Positions 57,095 to 64,000 of a DNA stretch of 64,000 nt are shown here, one piece after another. The notes below the pieces were generated by a model that saw nothing but the letters and a program-made list of their open reading frames with translations, was not told the DNA's origin and searched no databases. The translations under genes and the position numbers were made by a program. Source of the stretch: an uncultured Bacteroides sp. (GTDB taxonomy: Bacteria > Bacteroidota > Bacteroidia > Bacteroidales > GCA-2748055); the NCBI GenBank assembly GCA_964467775.1, contig CAYXUD010000080.1:1586-65585 (forward strand). Direction: 5' to 3'. Numbering within the stretch: position 1 is the stretch's first letter; every line of letters begins with the position of its first letter.

Positions 57095-58123
57095 ATGAAA
57101 CCTAAGAATCTGATGGCAGTCATTGCGGCAGGAGTGCTGGCCGTGAACATCGCCCCTGTCATGGCACAGGGAAGCCCGGCGGACCCCTTCCTCGGGATGT
57201 GGGCCCTCGATCTCGGTTATGAGAACAGCAAGGCCGGCTGGCTGGAGGTCCGGCAGGAGGATGGTTACCTGGATGCGGAGATCCTCTGGAGGTGGGGGAG
57301 CGTCTATCCGCTCGATTTCGTTTTCGTCGAGCAGGGGGAGCTGTTCCTTACCCAGGGAAGGCAGGTTGTCAGGAGAGAGGAGGGGAAGCCGGTCAGGACC
57401 CAGCACGTGATATCCTGGTTCGATGTGAAAAAGGAGGGTGATGACAGGATCACGGGAATAGCTGTTTTTCCGCGTGAAAGCGGCATAGGCGTGGAATCGG
57501 TGGCGTTTACCGGGAAGCGGATACCCCCCTGCGGGGAGGCTCCCGATCTCGGCAAGGTCAGATACGGGGAACCGGTGAAGCTCTTTAACGGGAAGGACCT
57601 GGAGGGGTGGGAACTGCTCGATAAGAACGCCCCGAACGGCTGGCGCGTCGAGGACGGGATCCTGGTCAACGATCCGGTCCAGAAAGAGGGAGGGCCCCAT
57701 ATCAGCTACGGGAACCTGCGGACCAGGGAGACCTTCGGGGATTTCAGGCTGAAGATCGAAGCAAATGTTCCGCGGGGAAGCAACAGCGGGATATACCTGC
57801 GGGGGATCTATGAAGTCCAGGTGGTGGACAGTTATGGACAGGGACTGGATCCCCATAACATGGGGGCCCTCTACAGCCGGATCACCCCTTCATCATCCGC
57901 TGAGAAGCCTGCCGGGGAGTGGCAGTCTTTTGACATTACCCTCTGCAGTAGGCACCTCACCGTGGTTTTGAACGGGGTGACCATCATTGACAACCAGCCC
58001 GTGAAGGGGGTGACCGGCGGAGCGATCACCTCGGATGAGTTCAGCCCGGGGCCCCTCTATCTGCAGGGCGACCATGGAAAGGTGAGCTTCAGGAACATGG
58101 TACTGACCCCCATCCTGGATTAG
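57095..58123 (+). CDS. DUF1080 (3-keto-disaccharide hydrolase-like) domain protein with N-terminal extra domain
   Basis: Signal peptide, LFNGKDLEGWE, NSGIYLRGIYEVQVVD, MGALYS and PLYLQGDHGKVSFRNMVLTPI. Confidence 0.8.
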   Translation: MKPKNLMAVIAAGVLAVNIAPVMAQGSPADPFLGMWALDLGYENSKAGWLEVRQEDGYLDAEILWRWGSVYPLDFVFVEQGELFLTQGRQVVRREEGKPVRTQHVISWFDVKKEGDDRITGIAVFPRESGIGVESVAFTGKRIPPCGEAPDLGKVRYGEPVKLFNGKDLEGWELLDKNAPNGWRVEDGILVNDPVQKEGGPHISYGNLRTRETFGDFRLKIEANVPRGSNSGIYLRGIYEVQVVDSYGQGLDPHNMGALYSRITPSSSAEKPAGEWQSFDITLCSRHLTVVLNGVTIIDNQPVKGVTGGAITSDEFSPGPLYLQGDHGKVSFRNMVLTPILD

Positions 58124-58179
58124 TTGCCTGTTTGATCCCCCTCTATTCAAACTACTATTTTTGATGAAAACACCACCTC

Positions 58180-61038
58180 ATGCAAATCCAGAGACTGATC
58201 AGCCTTCCTCCCGTGATGGCTTCCCGTTTCCACCGGCTTGAACAGAAAGATCCCGGTGAATGGTTCTGCGGCTCGGACCCGGTTGAGAAGAAGCTGGGTT
58301 CCGGGGGAGGTACCGCCTTCCTCCTGGCCTCGGCATACATGGCTGAAGGGTACCGGGGATCTTTCTCTGACTGGCTGACCGGCAGGAGGAGGATGGTGAT
58401 CCATTCCGGCGGTGAGAGCAGGCGCCTGCCAGCCTATGCCCCCTGCGGAAAATCACTGCTGCCCGTGCCGGTATTCCGCTGGTCAAAAGGCCAGCATCTT
58501 GACCAGAAGCTGCTCGATTTCCAGGCAGCCTTCTATGAGAGGATCCTGAAAAGGGCTCCCGGATACTATTGCACCCTGATCGGGAGCGGGGACGTGATGT
58601 TCATCTCACCTGACAGGTTCAGTGACCTGCCTGAGGCTGATGTGCTGCTGATCGGGATATGGGTGGATGATCGGGTGGCTTCGGGGCACGGCGTGTTTTT
58701 CAGCCCGCGGAAGGAGCCGGATCAGCTGGCCTTTGTCAAACAGAAGCCCTCGCGGGATGAGCTGAGGGAGTACGCGCATGATTATTTCTACCTGATGGAC
58801 TCGGGGATCGTCCTGCTCAATCAGCGAGCCACCCTGAAACTGATGGGTAAGGCCGGGTGGCTTGAGGATCAGGGATCATTTGCCGGGGGAGTGCCCGGGT
58901 TCTATGATCTCTACGGGGAGATGCTGACCTCTTTCGGTGCGGAAGCGGAGAGCCATGATCCTGAACTGGAAGGATTCGAGGTGAAGCTGGTCCCGCTCCA
59001 GAAAGGGGAATTTTACCACTTCGGAGGGAACGGCGACCTGGTCGGCTCCACCCTGAAACTGCAGAACCGCATCACCGACCAGCGCCTGACATATGTCACC
59101 GGAACGGATCAACACCCATCCATCTTCAAGCAGAATGCGGAGGTGGGTGCGCATTTTGGGGAGGAGAACCAGCAGATCTGGATTGAGAACAGCCATGTTC
59201 CGGCCACATGGAAACTGAACCACCACCATGTCGTAACGGGTATTCCTGACAATGAATGGGAACTTGAGATCCCCGCACATACCTGCCTTGACATGGTGCC
59301 CCTGGAAGGCGGGGCCTATGGCCTGCGTCCCTACGGTTTTTCAGACACATTCAGGGAGAGCCTTTCCGGAGGAGCCTCCTGGATGGGGCAGCCTTTAAGC
59401 AGATGGCTGAAGGAGCGCTCCATCGATCCGGCAGAAGCCGGCATCAATGAGGGAGCATCCCTCTATGAACTGCCCCTTTTTCCCGTGGTGAAACCGGATG
59501 ATATCCCCGGGATGCTGGCATTCATGCTGACGGGAAAAGGGAAAGCTATCGCCTGGATCAATGCCAGGAGGCTTTCGGCAAAGGCACTCTCCGAAAAGGC
59601 CGATTTGGAACGGCTCTACAGGCAGAGGGAAGCCTTTAAGGCCCGTGTGATGCCAAAGCTGGCCGCGAACTACCGTAAAAGTGTCTTCTATTACCTGGAC
59701 CTGGAAAGGAGCGCTGCCGATTTCAGGGAGCTCGGATTGCAGCTGCCCGCGGAGCTTCCATCCGGGGAACCTGTGATCAGGAGGATCAACGACTGCATGT
59801 TCAGGGCAAGGGTCACCGGGAACCGGGCGCTGGCAGAAAAGTATGAGAAGGAGGCCTTCGGGATCCTGAGGGAGGAGATGATCGGTACCCTCCGGTCTGA
59901 CCCGGTCAGTCCCGAAATGAACCTGCTGGATGACCAGATCCTCTGGGGCAGAAGTCCCGTGAGGCTCGACCTGGCAGGGGGATGGACCGACACCCCGCCC
60001 TATTGCATCATGGAAGGAGGGAAGGTGGTCAACGTGGCGGTGGAACTGAACGGGCAGCTGCCGCTGCAGGTCTTTGCCAGGCCGCTGGAAGAGCATAAGA
60101 TCGTACTGCGCTCCATCGACCTGGGAGAGAAACTGGAGATCACCTCGTTCGGGGAACTGGCCGGGTATGACCGGCCGGGCGGCGGATTCTCGATTCCCAT
60201 GGCTGCCCTTGTGCTGGCCGGATTCGGGCCTGCATTTTCCCTGAAGCGCTATGGAGACCTGGCCGCACAACTGAAAGATTTTGGCTGCGGGATAGAGATG
60301 TCGCTGCTGGCGGCCATTCCCAAGGGATCAGGGCTGGGGACCAGTTCCAACCTTGCGGCCACCGTCCTGGGGACACTGAATGAACTCTGCGGGCTGCACT
60401 GGGACAAACATGATATCGCTTACCGCACCCTGATCCTTGAACAGATGCTCATCACCGGGGGGGGGTGGCAGGACCAGTACGGAGGGATCTTCGAAGGGGT
60501 GAAGCTTCTGGAAACCGCTCCCGGCATACTGCAAAAACCCTCTGTCAAGTGGCTCCCCGGCCGGCTGTTCTCGAACCGGGAGACCAGGGAGATGATCCTG
60601 TTGTACTATACGGGGGTCACAAGGGTGGCCCGGGATATCCTGGGCGAGATCGTCAAGGGGATGTTCCTCAACTCTGCCCGCCACCTGGGTATCTTCTCCG
60701 AGATGCAGGAGCATGCACGCGATACATTCGAGACCATCCTGCGGAACGATTACGAAGAGCTGGCCGGGAAGGTGGCGCTCAGCTGGGAGCTGAACCAGCG
60801 CCTGGATGAAGGGACCAATCCCCCCCCGATCCGGGAGATCATCAGGGGGATCGACGACTACCTGCTGGGCTACAAGTTGCTGGGGGCAGGAGGAGGGGGA
60901 TACCTGCTGATGTTTGCGAAATCAGCTGAAGCAGCGGTGAAGGTGAGAAAAACCCTTACATCGAAGCCCCCCAACGCCAGGGCCCGCTTCGTAGATTTCA
61001 CCGTTTCAGGCACAGGTTTCCAGGTCTCCAGGTCATAG
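58180..61038 (+). CDS. fkp: bifunctional L-fucokinase / fucose-1-phosphate guanylyltransferase
   Basis: 952 aa, the size and layout of Bacteroides FKP. N-terminal nucleotidyltransferase (GGGTAFLL...HSGGESRRLP) plus a C-terminal GHMP kinase (LDLAGGWTDTPPY, PKGSGLGTSS, LLGAGGGGYLL). Confidence 0.85.
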   Translation: MQIQRLISLPPVMASRFHRLEQKDPGEWFCGSDPVEKKLGSGGGTAFLLASAYMAEGYRGSFSDWLTGRRRMVIHSGGESRRLPAYAPCGKSLLPVPVFRWSKGQHLDQKLLDFQAAFYERILKRAPGYYCTLIGSGDVMFISPDRFSDLPEADVLLIGIWVDDRVASGHGVFFSPRKEPDQLAFVKQKPSRDELREYAHDYFYLMDSGIVLLNQRATLKLMGKAGWLEDQGSFAGGVPGFYDLYGEMLTSFGAEAESHDPELEGFEVKLVPLQKGEFYHFGGNGDLVGSTLKLQNRITDQRLTYVTGTDQHPSIFKQNAEVGAHFGEENQQIWIENSHVPATWKLNHHHVVTGIPDNEWELEIPAHTCLDMVPLEGGAYGLRPYGFSDTFRESLSGGASWMGQPLSRWLKERSIDPAEAGINEGASLYELPLFPVVKPDDIPGMLAFMLTGKGKAIAWINARRLSAKALSEKADLERLYRQREAFKARVMPKLAANYRKSVFYYLDLERSAADFRELGLQLPAELPSGEPVIRRINDCMFRARVTGNRALAEKYEKEAFGILREEMIGTLRSDPVSPEMNLLDDQILWGRSPVRLDLAGGWTDTPPYCIMEGGKVVNVAVELNGQLPLQVFARPLEEHKIVLRSIDLGEKLEITSFGELAGYDRPGGGFSIPMAALVLAGFGPAFSLKRYGDLAAQLKDFGCGIEMSLLAAIPKGSGLGTSSNLAATVLGTLNELCGLHWDKHDIAYRTLILEQMLITGGGWQDQYGGIFEGVKLLETAPGILQKPSVKWLPGRLFSNRETREMILLYYTGVTRVARDILGEIVKGMFLNSARHLGIFSEMQEHARDTFETILRNDYEELAGKVALSWELNQRLDEGTNPPPIREIIRGIDDYLLGYKLLGAGGGGYLLMFAKSAEAAVKVRKTLTSKPPNARARFVDFTVSGTGFQVSRS

Positions 61039-61079
61039 GGATGACCTCCCCCTGCAGGATAACCGTTCACCCGCCCGCT

Positions 61080-61871
61080 TTAACGGATCACGATCTTCCC
61101 GGGGGCTGACCGTCCCTGGCCGGATCCGACATGGTAGATATAGGTGCCGGGAGCCAGCTGCCTTCCCGGGATCACCACCTCCCCGGTGGATGGTGTAACA
61201 GGGAAACGCATGATGATCCGGCCATTCACATCCGCGATCTCCAGCGATCCGGACGGCACCCCTTCAGGCAGTGATACCGGGATATGCACCAGGCCTGCAG
61301 CCGGATTCGGATAAGCATTCCCTGCCCCTGTAACCTGCCGGTCCGCTGATTTCGTGGTCTTCCCGGGAAGCGAATAGACATGGGTATAGGTGCGGTACGG
61401 GATCACTGAGTAATCATATTCATAGGCCAGGAATTTTGTGCCGTGATCCCCGGTTTCGATGACCTCGGTAAACCCGACCCCCGGGAAGGAGAGCAGGATG
61501 GCCCCGTGCTCATTGATCAGCCTGGCCTCGAAAGTAAAATAATAAGAGGTTTCGGTGGGTACATATTTTGAATAGATATAGACCAGCTCCAGCAGTTCAT
61601 CAGTGTTGAAGAGTTTTTCGGAGACAAGCCGGACATCCTCAAGGTAATACCCTTCGGGTGTGGGAAGTGGTACCGATTTCAGCAGGCTGTGATCCATGGA
61701 ATAGACAAGGAACTGCTTGTTCACCACATCCATGGAGTAATAGATCTCTCCCAGGCTCTCTAGCCGGCAAATGGTGGCTGACTCGGAATAGGTGTTCTCA
61801 AAAACCGGCTGGGCCAGTACGGACAGGCCTGTGATCAGCCCCAGTGCGATGGTCAGTGCAAGCTTCTTCAT
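61080..61871 (-). CDS. secreted hypothetical protein with T9SS C-terminal sorting domain
   Basis: Signal peptide. C-terminus AYPNPAAGLVHIPVSL...LEIADVNGRIIMRF...PGTYIYHV...GKIVIR. Confidence 0.65.
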   Translation of the reverse strand: MKKLALTIALGLITGLSVLAQPVFENTYSESATICRLESLGEIYYSMDVVNKQFLVYSMDHSLLKSVPLPTPEGYYLEDVRLVSEKLFNTDELLELVYIYSKYVPTETSYYFTFEARLINEHGAILLSFPGVGFTEVIETGDHGTKFLAYEYDYSVIPYRTYTHVYSLPGKTTKSADRQVTGAGNAYPNPAAGLVHIPVSLPEGVPSGSLEIADVNGRIIMRFPVTPSTGEVVIPGRQLAPGTYIYHVGSGQGRSAPGKIVIR

Positions 61872-61885
61872 GCTATATTCAGGTT

Positions 61886-62518
61886 TTAAGGCAGGTTTAG
61901 CAAGTCGAGCCCCTCCATGGCCGAAGTTCCTCCCGGGGTGTGCAGCAGGGCTTTCTGGAACAGGACCTTCGCCTCACGGAAATTATTCAGTTTGAAATAG
62001 GACCATCCCAGCATGGTCAGGGCATCGTAATCAAAAGGGTAGAGGTTGGCCACCTTCTCGAAATACTTCCTGGCGGTTTCATAATCCTCCTTGCCGTAAT
62101 AGATCAGTCCGAGACGGTGCATGGCAATGGAGTTGTTGGGACTGATCTCCAGGATCTTTTCATATTGCTTCATCACCATGGCCCAGTTGCCCATGGCTGC
62201 ACCCGGGTAGACGATCCCGAACCTGGGCTCGATGGCATAGGGCATCAGGTCAATGGCCTTGTTGTAGTAGGCCATCGATTCGGTAAAGCTGCCGGCCTGG
62301 TAGCTCAGCCAGCCCAGGCGAAGGTTGATCTCGTAGGATTTCTCATTGTATACGCCTTTAAGGGAGTTGATGGCAGCGGCCACCTCCCCCGTGGCTTCCT
62401 GGATATAGCTTTGCTGGAAAGCGTCCTTGGTCTCTTTGAAACTCTGGCCTGAAACAGTGATGACCGGAACAAGCAGGCCGGTGATTAACAGGTTCCGCAC
62501 AGATCTTAAAATTTCCAT
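61886..62518 (-). CDS. TPR repeat protein
   Basis: 210 aa with a signal/anchor and about 4 TPR-like units (AYYNKAIDL, MKQYEKILEISPNN, ARKYFEKVANLYP, AKVLFQKAL). Confidence 0.65.
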   Translation of the reverse strand: MEILRSVRNLLITGLLVPVITVSGQSFKETKDAFQQSYIQEATGEVAAAINSLKGVYNEKSYEINLRLGWLSYQAGSFTESMAYYNKAIDLMPYAIEPRFGIVYPGAAMGNWAMVMKQYEKILEISPNNSIAMHRLGLIYYGKEDYETARKYFEKVANLYPFDYDALTMLGWSYFKLNNFREAKVLFQKALLHTPGGTSAMEGLDLLNLP

Positions 62519-63858
62519 GATAGTCCTCCGTAAATTGAAAATGCGTTATAGGTGATTGGATTTTTAATGTCAGACTGCCCGGGATCAAAAGGGTGGAACT
62601 CGCTCCGGCTGGAGGTCCACCTTCCCCCCAGGTAGAGCAGTGACCCCTTTCCCGTGACCGGCACGGAAACGGTACAGGTCGCCTTCCTGCGGATCACATC
62701 TGCATAACTGTTATAGATGACCGATCCGTTGTATTCCAGGTAGTGTTCCATCTCCCCCATGGCTGCGTTCAGATCGACCCACACCTTATCGGCTATGGCA
62801 AACCCGGCATGCATCTCCGGGATGTGCCTGAGGGTGTTCCCGCCGGCGGTTATCCCAACCTGGCTGTTGAGGTACCACCCGGCATAAAGGTTCAGGTTGC
62901 CAAGCGGATACCAGGTAAGACCCAGCCTGCTCTGGACCTGCTCTGCATCGTTCAGCGTGGCATAATAGACCCCCAGGTTTACCTCCACCGGCCCGAACCC
63001 CTTGCTGAACCCCATCCCGGCCACCATATCGATGCTGTCACGGTATTCCATCCGGGGCTGGCTGTTCCCGCCCTGGGATCCCTGGTCCGGGAAGACTGGG
63101 GCCTGAAAGTGAACGCTTACCAGGTGAAAGGCGGGCAGGAATGCATACCCTGATCTGGTTGTAATGGCAGGGGAGATATAGTACTGGTGCTGGTAGACGT
63201 GCTGGCCGGCTGACTGCAGCTGGTTCACGCCATCGGAATAGTAAAGGTAATTGTACTTGGAAAGGTAATTGTATGCATGGGTAAGCCTGAACCCCGGGAC
63301 AATACGGTGCGAGAGAGAGAGTGAAACATTGGAGAAATGCCGGTTAATGTACTGAACCCCGGGCGGCAGGCCTGAGAACAAGGCATCCGGATCCGACAGC
63401 TTTTCATCGTTCAGCGCCCGGCAGTAGAGATAATCCCCGCCGATCCCCTCCAGGAATTTGCCTTTTTGCGGGGGAAGCCTGAGGGCCAGGTCTCCCCTGA
63501 ACTGCTTCCGCACCAGTCGTGCCTCTTCATACTGTCCCGCGAACAGCCTGGAAAAATAGAGGTATTCAAGGGCCAGGGGGTCACCGGGATTGAAAATGAG
63601 CGCACGGGAGAAATGGGTTGCCGCTTTCCGGTAGTTCTTCCTGTGGTAACAGGCGATCCCGATCCTGAGTCTTAGATAGTAGTAGTCAAAATCCAGTTTC
63701 AGCGCCCTGTACCCCATCTTTACCACGCTGTCCCATTTCTGTTCGAGAAGCAGCCTGTAGGTTTCGGAATCGAGGGTCTTAAAATCGGTTGGATCCTGGG
63801 AACGGACCAGGGAAACCGGGATCAGGACCAGCCATATGGATATGATCACCCTGTACAT
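62506..63858 (-). CDS. TPR-plus-beta-barrel outer-membrane-like hypothetical protein
   Basis: 450 aa with a signal peptide and N-terminal TPR-like helices (AATHFSRALIFNPGDP). The C-terminal two-thirds is strand-rich and ends ...IYGGLSWKF. Confidence 0.55.
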   Translation of the reverse strand: MYRVIISIWLVLIPVSLVRSQDPTDFKTLDSETYRLLLEQKWDSVVKMGYRALKLDFDYYYLRLRIGIACYHRKNYRKAATHFSRALIFNPGDPLALEYLYFSRLFAGQYEEARLVRKQFRGDLALRLPPQKGKFLEGIGGDYLYCRALNDEKLSDPDALFSGLPPGVQYINRHFSNVSLSLSHRIVPGFRLTHAYNYLSKYNYLYYSDGVNQLQSAGQHVYQHQYYISPAITTRSGYAFLPAFHLVSVHFQAPVFPDQGSQGGNSQPRMEYRDSIDMVAGMGFSKGFGPVEVNLGVYYATLNDAEQVQSRLGLTWYPLGNLNLYAGWYLNSQVGITAGGNTLRHIPEMHAGFAIADKVWVDLNAAMGEMEHYLEYNGSVIYNSYADVIRRKATCTVSVPVTGKGSLLYLGGRWTSSRSEFHPFDPGQSDIKNPITYNAFSIYGGLSWKF

Positions 63859-64000
63859 GTGGCTTCCATCTGTAGGTCTTTTGACGCTGCGGTGAGTTTG
63901 AAGATCCCCTTTTCGTTCACCGCTATGCTGAAATCGAATCTTTTTATATCTCTCCCGGCCAGGGAATTCCTTGCCGAGGAGGCCAGTGTGATCTCCGTCG
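63846..64000 (-). CDS. 3' end of an upstream gene in the same operon (partial, unknown function)
   Basis: Hand translation of the minus strand reads ...TEITLASSARNSLAGRDIKRFDFSIAVNEKGIFKLTAASKDLQMEATCTG*, open to the window edge. Its stop overlaps the next start by 13 nt. Confidence 0.35.
   Translation of the reverse strand, partial: TEITLASSARNSLAGRDIKRFDFSIAVNEKGIFKLTAASKDLQMEATCTG

Overview
The window reads as a Bacteroidota-type chromosome segment. Three proteins carry T9SS C-terminal sorting domains, there is a Bacteroides-type bifunctional fucokinase (FKP), and many secreted glycoside hydrolases sit in overlap-coupled operons. I found no tRNA, rRNA or CRISPR array by eye.

Gene content, left to right:
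- Partial GH38 mannosidase and a GH78 rhamnosidase.
- PagL-like outer-membrane protein and an octaheme c-type cytochrome.
- An AT-rich block (about 8.3-16.2 kb): DUF134, DUF5320, Zn-ribbon, OYE-type flavin reductase, VOC, MFS, DUF89, then panD.
- A Rieske-like protein plus an FGE/SUMF1 pair, followed by a stretch of gene debris.
- T9SS cargo, a DRE-TIM aldolase, an FtsX permease and a CzcCBA-like RND efflux operon.
- A minus-strand GH operon: beta-helix T9SS cargo, two GH-A paralogs, GH3.
- DUF1846, a PiT phosphate transporter, GH30, a fasciclin protein, two DUF1080 proteins and a YtfJ/GerW-like pair.
- Housekeeping enzymes (SDRs, S41 peptidase, class A acid phosphatase, FKBP, MATE), FKP, and a TPR/beta-barrel/T9SS operon that runs off the right edge.

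Main hunting result: a hairpin-rich repeat of about 110 bp that I do not recognise. There are three nearly identical units, one diverged unit and one terminal fragment, all in the same orientation.
- Every full copy sits inside a glycoside hydrolase ORF (GH78, GH3 as a tandem dimer, GH-A).
- Removing 103 nt per unit restores a continuous reading frame in all three genes.
- The diverged unit differs from the canonical one by compensatory changes in both hairpins.

Secondary observations:
- Pseudogene density is unusually high: frameshift, nonsense and truncation remnants of a methyltransferase, sulfatase, serine hydrolase, AAA ATPase, histidine kinase and CGGC protein.
- Base composition is strongly heterogeneous. 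Hand-counted 60-nt samples give 27-35% GC in the AT-rich block against 55-58% GC on the right.

All product calls rest on motif recognition in the supplied or hand-made translations. No database search was possible.
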